Shown here in pieces: positions 37,937 through 51,519 of a stretch of DNA of 64,000 bases; position 1 is the first letter of the stretch, and each line of letters opens with the position of its first letter. The stretch covers positions 82,028,001 through 82,092,000 of the forward strand of contig NC_045697.1 in assembly GCF_009834535.1 (NCBI RefSeq), given 5' to 3'. Both the position numbers and the translations under genes were made by a program. Origin of the DNA: Camelus ferus (Eukaryota). Under the pieces are notes generated by a model. That model saw only the letters and a program-made list of their open reading frames with translations, did not search any database and was not told the origin of the DNA.

Positions 37937-38380
37937 TGAGGAAGGCTGAATAACACCCCCTCCAAACGTGTCCAAGTCTAATCCCCCAAACCTGTGATTG
38001 TATTATCTTACATGACAGAAAAGACTTTGTAAATGTGATTAACTTAAAGTTACCGAAGTGGGGAGATGACCCTGCATTATCCTATTGGACCTGCTCTAAC
38101 TACAAGTATCTTTATAAGAGAGAGGCAGGAGGTTAAGGGTTGAGGGTGGGGAGGGTGAGAAAGTGATAAGCTTTGGCTCAGAAGTTAGAGGGAGGCAGAC
38201 TTTGGAAACCGATAAAGACGAGTAAATAGTTTTGTCTTGTTCTACAGACTCCAGGAGGAATGCAGCCCTGAGAAGACAATTCTAGACCTCTGACCTCCAG
38301 AACGTAAAAGAATACATTTGCATTGTTTTAATCCACTGAATTTGTGATAATGGTTACAACTGCAATAGGAAACTAGCACA
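37937..38380 (+). mobile_element. MaLR solo LTR (MLT1C/D-like)
   Basis: aggctgaataacaccccctccaaacgtgtcc...aagactttgtaaatgtgatta...ctctgacctccagaac...gcaataggaaactagcaca. Confidence 0.85.
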
Positions 38381-39844
38381 ATGGGTCTAGAAATAGTTTT
38401 CAACTTCTTCAAGATAGAATTGGGTATTCAGTTTCCATTCTAGCCACACAAGAGGACACAGGTAGGGAAAAGAGGGCAGGAGAACAGACAAAATAGCAAT
38501 TCTTTCCTCAGCAGCAACAAAAAGAGCAATATTTTTGCAGCATGATTAAACACTCCAGTTTATGCACCAAGCAGTCTGAATTTTTCAACCACTATTGAGA
38601 GAAATAGGATGGAAAAAAATAAAATAAGAAGAAGGTAGATGAATGTGTAAAGGTAATGGACCATTAGGATACAAAGTAAAATGCCCACAAAGATTAAATA
38701 ATTCTGGCCTATTAATAGATAGATTAAGAACATTTCATATTGTCATACTTCATAATAGCTACCTTTGATCACAGCCTATTATTTCTGGTTATCTATAAAT
38801 TATTCTTATTATTATACTTCAGAAAAGATTTCTTAATATATTACCCATGGTTTTTGCTTTTTCCATACCCACCAATGGCAAAACACATGAACTTCAGAGA
38901 ATGATATGGCTGCAAGTTGTTCTAAATAGAAAGAAAATACTTTTTATTAAAGCAATCTCATACATTTCTGTGAAACAAAATGGATTAATTGCCACAAAAA
39001 CAAAAGCAAACCCAAAGCCAGCATGTGTCATTATAGGATGATTCTGTTATTCTAATGTGTTCAGCTGTGAGAGTTGTATTTCAGAAGTAGCCACACAGAA
39101 TCTGGATTCATATTGGATGAATATCCATTCTCATTATGAATTACTGATTAAAATGGAATTTAATTTTCTCTCATTTTTAAGAATCACAGAAAGATGTTGT
39201 TCCTTTGGGGCAGCATCCTTGAAGTCCCTACGTGGGTTAGTGTAGGATGAACATAATTGGCTTTCTCTTTGAGCCCTGGGCCTACCTGTATGAATGTTGG
39301 GTTGTACTTGACACACAGTCTTACAGGGACAAATGACTGGTGTATATGTTGGGTTGAATTCAACCATTTATGAGCACCAGCTGGACTCATAATGAAGTAC
39401 CTGCCATTGTGTTCCCAACAGTACGTCTTCTGCCAAAGTTAAAGCAAATTAATGAAGCTTGTTCACTGAAGGGAGACACTAGCATTATAGTTTGGCAGGC
39501 ATTATCTGACACTCACTGCAGAATATGGTTAGAGTTTTATTTTGCTGTTGTAAACTATGCTTAGTTGAGAGAATACAATTCAGAGTATCACAAAAATACT
39601 TTTATTCTCAATATTATATGTATTATACTAGTCTAGTGGATGAATAATCACTTGGCTACACATGTGAGTATATACTGAAGTTGTGCATTTGTGTGTGTAT
39701 GACTGTGTTTAAAACTCAGACATTCAGTTATCACCTCTATTGAATGTTTGAATTTTAAACATGTAGAATATATATTTGTTAATGTTTCGAGGACATTGTA
39801 ATCTTCTGATTGGAAAAAGTTAGCAACTGTATTTGAAACATCCA

Positions 39845-39960
39845 TAATGCTTCAGAGTCTCACCCCATAACAATCTCTGAAATGGTTAGTCATCTCATTT
39901 TACAAAGAGAAGTGCAGTTCTAAGGTTGTCAAACCACTTAAATTAAGTGTGAAGTCAGTA
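39845..39960 (-). mobile_element. MIR fragment
   Basis: cataacaatctctgaaatggt...catctcattttacaaagagaag. Confidence 0.55.
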
Positions 39961-40469
39961 TGTTAACTGTGTGTGTGTGTGTGGTTTTTTCCCTTCAAGA
40001 CATGGCATGCTACACCAAAAGGCAGGGTTTACTAGGTGTGAACTAGAGATGAAAGCACCCTGTAGTAGAAAGCAGAAGAAAGCCCTTAAATTTTAACAGG
40101 GAAAGGATTTTCTAGGATCATTGCATTTCAGCCTCAACATAAAGAAGTAATTGGATTTGATTGGTGCTTCTCAACCTCTTCATGCTCAACGTCATCACCA
40201 TTGCCATTACACTGAGTTAGCATCCATCACTATGTTGTTTGGCTTTTTAATTGCTCTTTTAGGCAATGTATTTTTCATACCATTCATTTACTCTTACTAC
40301 CTATATATATTTTAGAGTGACCTTCTGGCTTTATTACTATCCTTTCCATAGTACTTCTTTGAGAATGTTTTCACACAGGATTTCCTCAGGTCTTGTAAGT
40401 GTGAGAATATCTTTGATAGGACATTATATTTAAATAATACTTTAGCAAAATATACATTTTTAATGTATA

Positions 40470-41220
40470 AGACATTATTAGAATGGGTAAAATTAAAATG
40501 TAACTGACCAAACCATTGATGGCGAGGACATGAGGAAACTACAACTCTGCTACATGGCTAGTGGAAATGCAAAATGGTAAAAACAAAACAAAACAAAATG
40601 ACAACAACAAAACACACACACACACACACACACACCCCACACAACACACTTTAGAAAAAAGTTTCAAAGCTTCTTAAAAAGTTAAATATATAATACAACT
40701 CAGTCATCCTGCTCCTACATATACCCAAATTAAATAAAAACATGTCCAAAGCTTTGTATATGGATGTATATGGCAGCCCTATTTATAATAACCCTCAACT
40801 GAAAGCAAATCAATATCCACCAACAGATGATTACTCATTTGTACACATTTAATGAAATACTGCTTAGCAATAAAAGAGAATGAACTATTGAAACATAAAA
40901 ACATGGATGGATTTTTAAATAATTATGATAAATATAAAAAAGTAGGGAGAAAAAGTATATAAAATTAAAACAATTTATATAAATTCTAGAAAATGAAAAA
41001 AAAAGTCATGACAGAAAGTAGGTAAGTGGCTACCTTGAGAATGGGACTTGGAACAGGGGTGATTACAATGAGGTGCAAGGAAACTTTTGGAGTATAGAAA
41101 TGTTCGTTGTCTTGGTTGCGGTTATGGTTTCAGGGTGTGTATTCCTTTGGGTCAAAATTGATCAAATTGTTCACTTTAAATATGTGCAGTTTATTGTAAT
41201 GCAATATACTTCAAGTTGTT
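40470..41220 (+). mobile_element. Old L1M 3' end (L1MC/MD/ME-like) containing a (CA)n tract near 40612-40650
   Basis: gaggacatgaggaaactacaactc...tgcttagcaataaaagagaatgaactattg...cactttaaatatgtgcagtttattgt. Confidence 0.8.
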
Positions 41221-41229
41221 ATTATTTTA

Positions 41230-42250
41230 AAATATTATATTTAATGTCATTTTCCTTCAACTCTGAAGTATTTAATTTGTAACTTTTTTTACGGGTTGCT
41301 GTTGAAAAGCTTAGTGTTATTTTGACTCTAGTTCCTTTTTAATTTGACTGTCGGTTCAAAACATTTTTTTAGAATAGTTAATTTTTATTTGATTCAATTA
41401 CATTTACTTGAAATATGCCTGTGTGTGTATTTATAGGTTTTTTTGGTATTGTTGATTTCTTTAACCTGAATTTCTGCATTTTTGCCTCATTAATATTGAT
41501 GCTTTTGTTTTCATTATTAGCTTTTACTTGGTATTATTATTATTTCTAATTTTCTGAATAAATTCTTGTTCTTGACTTTTTAGCTCCCTAAATAGTTTTA
41601 AAGACTGCATCACACCCTATAACATATAACTCTGTTGATTAATTTCTGTTGATTTGTCTTCAAACATGTCATTTTCTTTTATGTTCCTATTTACTTGTGT
41701 TTGAATGCCTGATAGCTTATTTGAAAAAATATTTCAAATACTTTGAGGTCTAAAATGGTATTTTCTTCCTCTAGAGGGAATTTTTGATTGCATCTATCAA
41801 CACTAGATGTGATAACAGTCTCAGACCACCTTAGTGCTATTTCAGAGATTTATATTTTGTTCCTGGCAGGGCCCATGTAATTCCAATTCACCCTTGGTCC
41901 AATTGGTGTTGTAACTGAAAATTTAAAAGTTTTCCCAAGAAAACCATTTTTGCCTGACCCTAGACTCCATTTGTTTTCTTCACTCCAGGAAGTTTTGAAG
42001 AGTGTTGTTTGTTGCTTGGTTTCTGTCACGCAGCTAATCTTTCTGAATTAGTAGACATCTCCAAGAAAAGAATGAATCTAAATGCAGGTTTCACATCACT
42101 ATTTGTTCTTTGTCGCTTAGATTTTGGTCCTGCAATTCTTTGTTGTCTTATTTGACCTCCAGTTTTTCTTTTCTCTTCTTTTTCTCTCTCTAAGATTTCT
42201 AGTTGTTCTCATTGGTAGAATTAGTCAAACTTTCTTAGCTCATCATTCAT
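41230..42250 (-). mobile_element. Very old L1M fragments (5'/ORF1 region)
   Basis: T-rich degenerate sequence with gttgctgttgaaaagcttagtg and tcttcctctagagggaattt motifs. Confidence 0.45.
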
Positions 42251-45200
42251 TACTAAATATTAAATCTCTGTAACTGGATGACTTCATTTTAATTTACATT
42301 TGACCAATTTAGGAAGTTAAAATTCAATCTCAAAACTAGTAACAACAAAACTTAAAAACAAAGGGTAGAGTATATAAATTTCAAATTTTACTTTAAGGTA
42401 GAATAAAAATATTTAAATTTTAATAAACTAAAACAAGTTATCTGTCAATTTAACTGCTTTTCTGTAGTGCCTATAACAATTATTACAGACTTGGTAAAGG
42501 GCAATTAAATGATTGCTGCTAAGAATCATTCTCCTCCATGTATTAAGAGACAAGTAAATTGAAACTCTTTTTTGCCAATACTAAAGAAAAAAATAACTCC
42601 ACTCTACCACTTACCAACTGTTATAACAGCAATGTGTGCCCTAGGCAGTCTTAAACTTATTTCCTGATATATTTAAATGTATCCATATAACATATTAAAT
42701 TTTAATGCTTGCCATGAATTTTTGAAAATATTTTAACACTTGAACTTTAAAATAATATCACCATAAATGACTCTATAGTTTTGAAAATATAATAAAAATC
42801 TATATGTGCAAGATGACATTTTTAAACATTCAAACATTTATTTATTTTCACTTAAAATTTTACTTGATATTCTAGAGCCAATACTTTTTTTTTTCCTTTA
42901 GGGCTTAATGTATAAGTACCTTAAAATTGAATGGTAATATATTTTCTTAATTTGAATCTAATAACTGCTATAAGTTTAAAATTTCTTAACAGGAAAATGA
43001 ACTCTGAAGAAAAAAAAAAAACTCATAAAAAGTTGAATCTCACATACTATCCTAGCAGTGAAATATGCCAGTCACTCAGATTTATAGTACTTTTGCAGCT
43101 ATGTTTTAGCTGTCTTATAGACATTTTTCATTAAACTATCTCAGAATGATTTCTGTTATAACTGATGCTTGATTAACAGTAGTTACCCTTCTCTTTTAAA
43201 AATCCTATCTAACAACCATTTTTAATAAGCAATGAACACAAAATATACTGGGTCAGTGATCCCAGTAAATTATATCAGGGTTGGCATCACCATAATTCTG
43301 TTTAACAGAAGATATGTTTAATCAAGAAACATTTGAAAAGAAACTTAAATGTTGGAAAATCTAAACCAGCTTTTAAACGAAACTATTTCAAAAATATCGA
43401 TTCTTCATTTTTAAACACTTTTAAAAAGTAGTCTTTTGATGATGGAATTAAGTTTCAAGGGTACAAAATAAATTATGTTAAATGCCCATTAATTTGCTTT
43501 ATTTTCTAGTGATCACAGTTGTGATAAATGATAGGTGCTGATGATGGTAACATAATATTTGAGTTTGATTATTTAACTTTATCCTTGGTCTTACATTTCT
43601 GGATGATATCTTAGTATGTCTATCTTTGATATTATAAAATACTTAATAGACCATATTATGTTAGTTTCATTATATAAATGACTCTCTTAGTCAGATGTAT
43701 TCTAGGAAATTTATTTTTCCATAATGTAGGCATTGTTATCCATATGTATATGCACACATGCACATTTCTGTGTGACTTCACTTTTACTAATGTCTTCCAG
43801 GTTTTGAAACATAATACATCTTTATAATAAATGCATATGATTTTTCCATGCAAAGACATTTTTCATATCAATGTAAAGTTACTATTTTGCAACATTAAAG
43901 ATAGAATTTATGTTTTTATTCTATAAAATAATACATGATATATCGTATAATGTGGATCTATTAAAGTATTAAAGGATGTCAGTCTTTTTTTTAACCAAAG
44001 CTCTATTTAAATTATAAAGTAATATAACCGTACTCTATATTACCATGTCAACTGTGATTTTTCAATGGCTTTTTAAATTTTAAGCTTAAAATTTTTGAAC
44101 AGGTTTTTGTATTCCTGTGGTGGAAGTTTGAATGTGCTCTTGCATCTCTGCCAACTTTAAAAGAAAGTTACTTGTTAAAAAGTAAGACAACTTATTTTTC
44201 CTCTACTTAAATATGTATAAATTTAAAATCAAACATACCTTTTCATACTAGAGAAATTGTTGAACAACTCTTTGGAATAGTCATACACACACAAATTGAA
44301 GTTCTAAAAAAATTTTGTGAAAATTCTTAAACAGACAGCATATCCATACAAAATAATGGATGTTTAGAATTGAATCATTTTGTCTGAATTACTTAGATAC
44401 TTACCTATACTATATTTATTTACATTATATAAATAAATATAATCAAATGTAATAAAAGGAATAGCTTACTAAATTTATTATTTTATTCAAGGAAATTGGT
44501 TCCATAAATATTTTGGTCAGCAAACAGATTGTTATTGTAAGGAACTATTGAATCTCCACAGCCAATCTTAATGAATTCAGTACACTTTAGCTGCTATTAA
44601 TCTTATATATACAGTGCTTCAAAATATGCAGTGAATAGCATAGATTTCAGGTTATTAGAGCGAGGTAGCAAAATACCAGTGAGTCATATAACCTGATTAG
44701 CTCTGGGTAATCACCCAAAGTGGCTATGGCATTAACTAAAAAATAATGTTGGTTCATTTAGTCTCTTATAAATTGAAAAACACTTGCAAGATTAAAGGAA
44801 TGTACCTTTCAAAGCAAAATAATCAAATCCATCTATTTTGTTATTTTGATGCCATTTATTCACTGATGCTGATAATTTTTTTTAGAAACTCTGTCAGCGT
44901 GACTGTAAGATCAATGCCAGGGAGGTATTTTGCTTACTGTTTAACCTCCATTTCCCCTAGATTGGGAATTTTAATACCTATGGCAGTTGCTTCTGACTCT
45001 ATTGGCCTAGATGAAAGTTAAAGGGCAAATAAAAGAAATTGGATAATGTCATCAAACATTCTCATCCAAAGACTGATTGATTAATTAAAGCATGGTAGGG
45101 TGCACTACAATTAAACCTCATCTATGTATTTGGTTTTATTTAAATCAGAATCAACTGAAAAATATTAATAAAGCCTAATAATAATTGCTTACATTGTTTA

Positions 45201-45544
45201 ATGCTGTCTGATTTTCAAGGTACTCTGACACGTTAGTCAATGAATTTACTAACAATTCAGCAAAAAATTGAATTAAAAATAATACTACAGATCACTGTGC
45301 TCCTTCCAAATACAGGTAACTGATGTTAAATTCTCTACAGGGTGAAATTAACTCTAATATTCCATATTATATTAGAGCTCTTCTACTGGCGTTAAATGTA
45401 CTCTGAGTATTTTCACACACAAATAAGAGCCAAAGACAATAAGAAACATTTATATTTAAATGTTGACATTTATAACAAGATCAATTTCCACTTTTTAAAT
45501 CCTTAAATTTAATGCAGATCATAGGATAGGGTTGGCAGTCATCA

Positions 45545-45720
45545 TGCTTTATATGAGTTACCATTTATTGAGCATCTGTTATTTGCTAGGCGCCTTTTAT
45601 GTTATCTTTCATTTTCAAAACATGAAAGCAAACAGGTATTATGATTTTATTGTATAGGTGAGGAACTTAAATAGATTATGATATGTGTCCCAAGTTACAG
45701 AAAAGTAAATAAATAAACTG
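45545..45720 (-). mobile_element. MIR SINE
   Basis: ccatttattgagcatctgttatttgctaggc...gtataggtgaggaactta...cccaagttacag. Confidence 0.7.
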
Positions 45721-46599
45721 TTTCCTGTGAAGCTTGACCAGCGATTAAGCCCCTAGTATCTCTACTGAATCAATTTGCCAACAAGTTATTTTCATATTAT
45801 TTACTTTTCTTATGAATACAAGACTTGTCAACTGATAGAAAGTAACAGTTGCTAGAAATAATTTGCCTATACTTTGCAGATAAAGAAATATTTGAGATTG
45901 CTGTCTTTTAAGGGTCAGAGTTCCATGATCAAAGAGGCAAAACAAAATGTCCTCTTTTTCTTTTCAAACCTGCTGTTAAAAATTAAATACATAATTAATG
46001 CAGCTTAAAAATGCAAAAAGTGTTCTGGCCAAAGTTGTTTCTTTGAACATTTAGATTATTTTTGGTCCAGAACATCTTAAAAAGTGTATAATGTTCTCTT
46101 TAATAAGAAATATTTCGTAAACACTGCTTTAGACCCATTATGCCTTATATATATATTCCTCTACTAATTCCATTTGCCTCCCAAGCTCCATTAAATGCTT
46201 GTCACACCCTCACATCGTGCATTGCTCTAACAGATGCCAGGCAAGCTGGAGACAGGCAAAGTATGTAGCTTTGAAATGCAGTGATTAAAACATTGATCCA
46301 CCAGGAAGTCAATGTTCATATTGGGGAAATAATAACTTAATTTTTAGTTTTGACAATGTTTGGATTCTTGAGTTACCGTCCACGTACTAGACAAGATAAA
46401 CATGCAACTTTTGTACAACATGTTGTCAACAAGCTCTTGGAGTTAATATGGACTTACAAGCTTACTAGACCCAAGAATGTTTAATAATATTTTATACATA
46501 TTATGGCCCATTTAATAAATCTATCCTCCAGGTCTATATATTGTGAACCATACAATGTTTTATTTCCCAGGAATTTTAAGATTTTTAATTGATTTCTTA

Positions 46600-46860
46600 T
46601 ACCTAGAAATCAAAAGTTTTAACAAAAAAAATCTAAATTTCTGCTTTCCCTTGAAAATTCAGAAATCATAGTATACATGGTCCAACATTTTGGCATGATA
46701 AAAACTGACTGAAAAGAATAACATATTCTGCCTTTACAGAGAACATATATGATCCAGGTCTCCCTAGACTTCTATCTACCACTATCTATTGTATATATAT
46801 ATGTTTTCCTTAATTTATTTATATTACTTGTCTTACTAAGAAAAAGATCACTTATGTTTG
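46600..46860. mobile_element. MER102-like hAT-Charlie fragment
   Basis: aatctaaatttctgctttcccttgaaaattcagaa...ctgcctttacagagaacat. Confidence 0.45.
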
Positions 46861-46884
46861 GGATTCATAAAGCAGAGTAGGGCA

Positions 46885-49560
46885 ATAAGTTAGCCCCAGA
46901 TGAAGCTTCCTCTGTACCCATCATAACAAAACTTAAAAGTAAGACTTGAAAGGTTACAATCAATTCTAACTAAACTGAACACTAGAAAAAGTCCAAAATT
47001 TACACAAATACAACATATTCCAGCACTCAAAGGTGTAGATTTTGTAATGTCCAGCATGCATTTAAAAATTACTAGGCTTAAAAAAATTACTAGGCTTGCA
47101 CAGGAACAGGAAAATATGATTCTACCAGAAACAAAATAAATAAATAAAAATGTATCCATAAATGAAAGAGAAGAATGAATAATTAAATTAAGACATAGAG
47201 TCAATAAGCCAGTAGTTAACATGAAGTGGAATTGTGAAAAAAATAGTTTATTAAAAATAGGAAAAGAAGAAGCAAAGCAACAGAAAGACAAATTGGCCAA
47301 GTGTAAATGAGATAACAAGTTGAAAGATACACACATATCATATTCAAATTACATTAAATTGAAATGATCTAAATAGACCAAATAAAAACCATATATTTTT
47401 TAGCTTTGATTAAAAACACTGACCACATGTTATAATCTCTATACTATACATACACAAATTAAAATTATACCTGTTGTACTTCTGAACACTAGCAGCAATG
47501 AACAGTTGAAAATTAAAATTAAAAACCATATAATTTACAATAGCATTTACATTATCTAATTGTTAAGAGGAAATTTAATAATATATGCATAAAACCAGTT
47601 CACTGAAAACTACATATGATTGCTGAGATGAATTTAAATAATTTAAATAAATAAGAGAAATAGCATGTTCATAGATCGAAAGTCCTAATGTTACAGGATA
47701 TAAAGCCTCCTCAATTTGATATATAGAATCAATAAAATACCAATTCACTATACCATTATGAGCATAATGGTTTTATAGCAATTGACAAATTGATTCTAAA
47801 GTTTATAAGAAAAACAAAAACCTGAAACTGAGAGAACACTATTAAAACATAAGGAAAAAATGAAATTAAATAATCAGATTTCAAGTTTTATCAAGAAGCT
47901 ACAAAGAATTAAGAAAGTATGGTGTTTCTATAAAAATAGACAACTGTATCAATGAAACAAGTTAGAGATTCCAAAAATAAAGCCCCCCACACACATATAT
48001 AGTCAACTGATTTTGTAAGGTGTCTGTGTAACTCAATGGGTGTACAAGATAGTTTTTTCAATGAATGCTGCTATACATCCCTACGGAAAAAAGAATGTCC
48101 AAATTCACTTCAAAAACATATGAATATTAACTTCAATATTAATCTCAATGTAAGAGGTAAAACTTCGAATTTTTTATAAGACCTGGTGACATTTTTGTGT
48201 TCTTGGGCTAGGCAGAGAATTCTTAAAACACAAGAAATTGAATGTATAAAAAAATGAGAAATTTGACTTTATCAAAAATGTTTAAAGTTTGCTATTCAAA
48301 AGCCACAGTTAAAAAGATGAAAATGCAATTCACAGAGAAAATATTGTAAAACATATCTCTGACTCAATTCTTTATCCAGAATATGTAATGAATTCTAAAT
48401 ATCATCAGTAAGAAAACAATTCAATAAAAAATGACCAATGAATTTGAACAGTTTCTTTACTAAAGAAGAAATACAAAATTTAATAGTACCAACGGGACAT
48501 GAAAAGATACTCAATATCATTAATCATTTAAGAAACACGAAGTAAAACTACACTAGATATTGCTACACATTCACTCTATTGTCTAAATTTTCAAAAAGCT
48601 TAAATTACCTAATGATGAAAATAATGAAAATCATCTGGAACTATTCATGGTATGAATACAGAATGTTGCATTTATTTTGAACAACAGTTTGTCAGTTTCT
48701 TAAAATGGTGAACAAAAACTTCATGCAATCCAAAAATTCTACTTCTGAAATTTACAAACAAAAACTATATCTAAAAAAAGGACTATTAATTGAATGTTCT
48801 TAGAACCTCTGTTTATAAAGACAAAACAAATAAACTGAAAACAAAGATAAATATAGAAATACTATATGACATATATCCAAGAGAAGTGAAAACGTGTCTA
48901 CAAACAAAATTTATAAATGAATATTTATAGCAGTATTTTTCATAAAAGCCAGTAAGTGGAAACAACCCTAATGTCCATTAACTGATAAATGGATAAATAA
49001 AATGTGATCTGTATACTTGGAAACAAAAAGGAATAAAGTACTGATATATGCTACAACATGGTTGAATCTTGTCAATTCTACTAAGTGAAAGAAGCCAGTC
49101 ACATGAGTACATACTGCATGATTTCATTTATATAAAATGTGAAAAATAGGCAAATCTATAGAGCTAGAAAGTAGATTGCTGGTTGCTGAAACATGAGTGA
49201 GCTAGAAGATGGGTTGGAGGCAATTACAGAAATGAGGTATTTCTTTTGGAGGTAATGAAATGTTTTAAATTGTTCGTGGTGATGGTTAAACAATTCTGTA
49301 AATATACCAGAAGACCAAAAGTCACTGAAATGGGTGCATTCTGTGGTATGTAAAGTGTATCTCAAGTGTTAAAAAAACTGGAAACAACCAAAGTATCTAT
49401 CAATGGTTAGATGGATAGACAAGTTTGGGATTACTTATATTTGATTTAATATACAGTCACACACCTGTAACATTTTTCAATATTTATCTAATTGTAGACT
49501 TAAAAATGTTACTCTTTAAATTATGCCTTCATAAAGTGGATTTTAAAATGCCATTTAAAT
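46885..49560 (+). mobile_element. Old L1M with a nested L1MB-like 3' end at ~48845-49374
   Basis: A-rich degenerate ORF2 (cactgaaaactac, attgacaaattgattctaaagttta). Nested 3' end has gctacaacatggttgaatcttg...aagtgaaagaagccagtcac. Confidence 0.8.
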
Positions 49561-51519
49561 AATAATAAGATAAAATATCCACATATTCATTTTCATATTC
49601 AGCATCAAAGTTTAATTTTATGCATTCTTCAGTGAGATTACTATCCTGCTGAGGTCGCTGTAGCCTTCATTAGCCAGAAAGACTGTTCACAGTAATGCAA
49701 GTTTTTGTTGTTGTTGTTTGTTTTGTTTGTTTTCCTGTTAGAGACTCCTGGTAACTTCTAACATGGAAATATTAGAATTAACAAGATAGTAACAAAGCAT
49801 GTTGGAGAATATGTGTGGCTTATATAAATTTCCTATTGAACATACTCTGTTATTTAAGATTTTAATTTTCTGTCTCTTTTATTTAGTTACATATTGCTAA
49901 TAATTAACTTTTCTTGAAGGCCAACTTGTATTTTGACAGATATTCAGCACCTCATTAACAGTCTTTCAAAATCATTCTCACATCTTTCCTAGCTCTGACC
50001 TCTACTAAGACATTGAAAATTTTTATAACAATGGAAGCAAATACATCAACTGAATTAACAATAAAACAAGCAGATGCCTCTGATGTTTGGCTAGTTCACC
50101 TAAACAAAAGCAATAAATTCCCACTTTATCCTCTGCCTGTCAGTGAGGAAGTTATGTGGGAGAGCTAAGTAATCTAATGTCAAAGATGTAAAGAAATACG
50201 TAGATTTGAGTTGAGAAAATACAGTATCATCATTATATTACAAATGAACAGATTGGTATTTAAAGATATAAAGGGTCTTGTTGGGTAATAGCACAAGAAA
50301 ATGCTGAAATCAATCTGTCAGCACAGATCTATCTCATAATTCATTTTTTTATTTTGACATCATATTGCCAGATATTTACTTAGTAAAATGAGATAGAACC
50401 TTGCTAAGATTTATACTGTTTACTTCATAAATTGTCTGTTCGTCCTCTGTGTGCTTTTTAGAAATACTAGGAATGAATAAATCAAGTCTAAAGTTAAGGT
50501 GTACAACATTGTTCAATTTGATGCATGTCAATTATTAAAAGATCCATTATACATATTCAAGGATGTAGTTACAGTAATCAGAATGTTTTCCTTCCAAATA
50601 TATTTATGCATTACTATACATGGAATATTTTCACTTTCCTTTAAAGTATTAAAAATAAAAACCAGCAAGAAGCAATATTCTGCAGAATATCAATCTGTTA
50701 CTTAACCTATGCTGCTGTAAAATATGTTACTTCTTTATTTTTTCTAACTTAAAAAAAGATTTATATTTATTTCCTAACAGTTATAAAAGGATACTAAACC
50801 ATAGTATTGGAAAATCTCTCTGAGAAAAATCAAAACTGCTTTAAAAAAAAAAAAAAAACACACCTCAAAAAACACTGAAAAAGAATTTAGCTACTCACTG
50901 TGAAAGCTGTATACTGTGTCTCTTGACTCCAGATGCTCTTTATGGATTTAAATTTCTACCTTTGCTTACATGAAAAAATGGACTGAGCAAGTCATTTGGT
51001 ATTGAAAACACATCTTCTTTCTTATAACAGACACTTCCTGTCATTCAAATACTGCACCTACTTTTTCATTCATAGTGCTATTTTATTTTTTCTTTTGGCC
51101 TTGAAGAGAGATGAAATGCTAGTGTATAAAAACAACAAAATACCTAGAATTGGATTTAAAGCAAAATTTCAAATGTAAAGAAAATGCAGAAAATGCAGTT
51201 AATTTTTTTTATTAGTTAACTTAAGTAAAATAAACAATGGTGATGTTTCCAGGCTTCTCAAGATTTTTTTTTTTCATCCTCTTATTCTGTGCTTAGGGTC
51301 CTTCTTTCGGTCTAATATTAGGTTTTTTACACAAGACAACTAAATTTTTTTTCCAATATAATGAACAATGTTCTGGGATATGGAAAAATGATAATAGAAT
51401 GGTTAGGAAATAAGCAATATGAATTGTTTTCCAACTTTAAGGTGCTAAATTTCTTTAATATGTTCAACAATTTTTTGGCAGTGTTTATATCTAGATGGTT
51501 TTTAATATCATTCATCTTT

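Noticed and set aside
46890..47336. 148-aa hydrophobic ORF
   Set aside because: Antisense reading of an A-rich old L1
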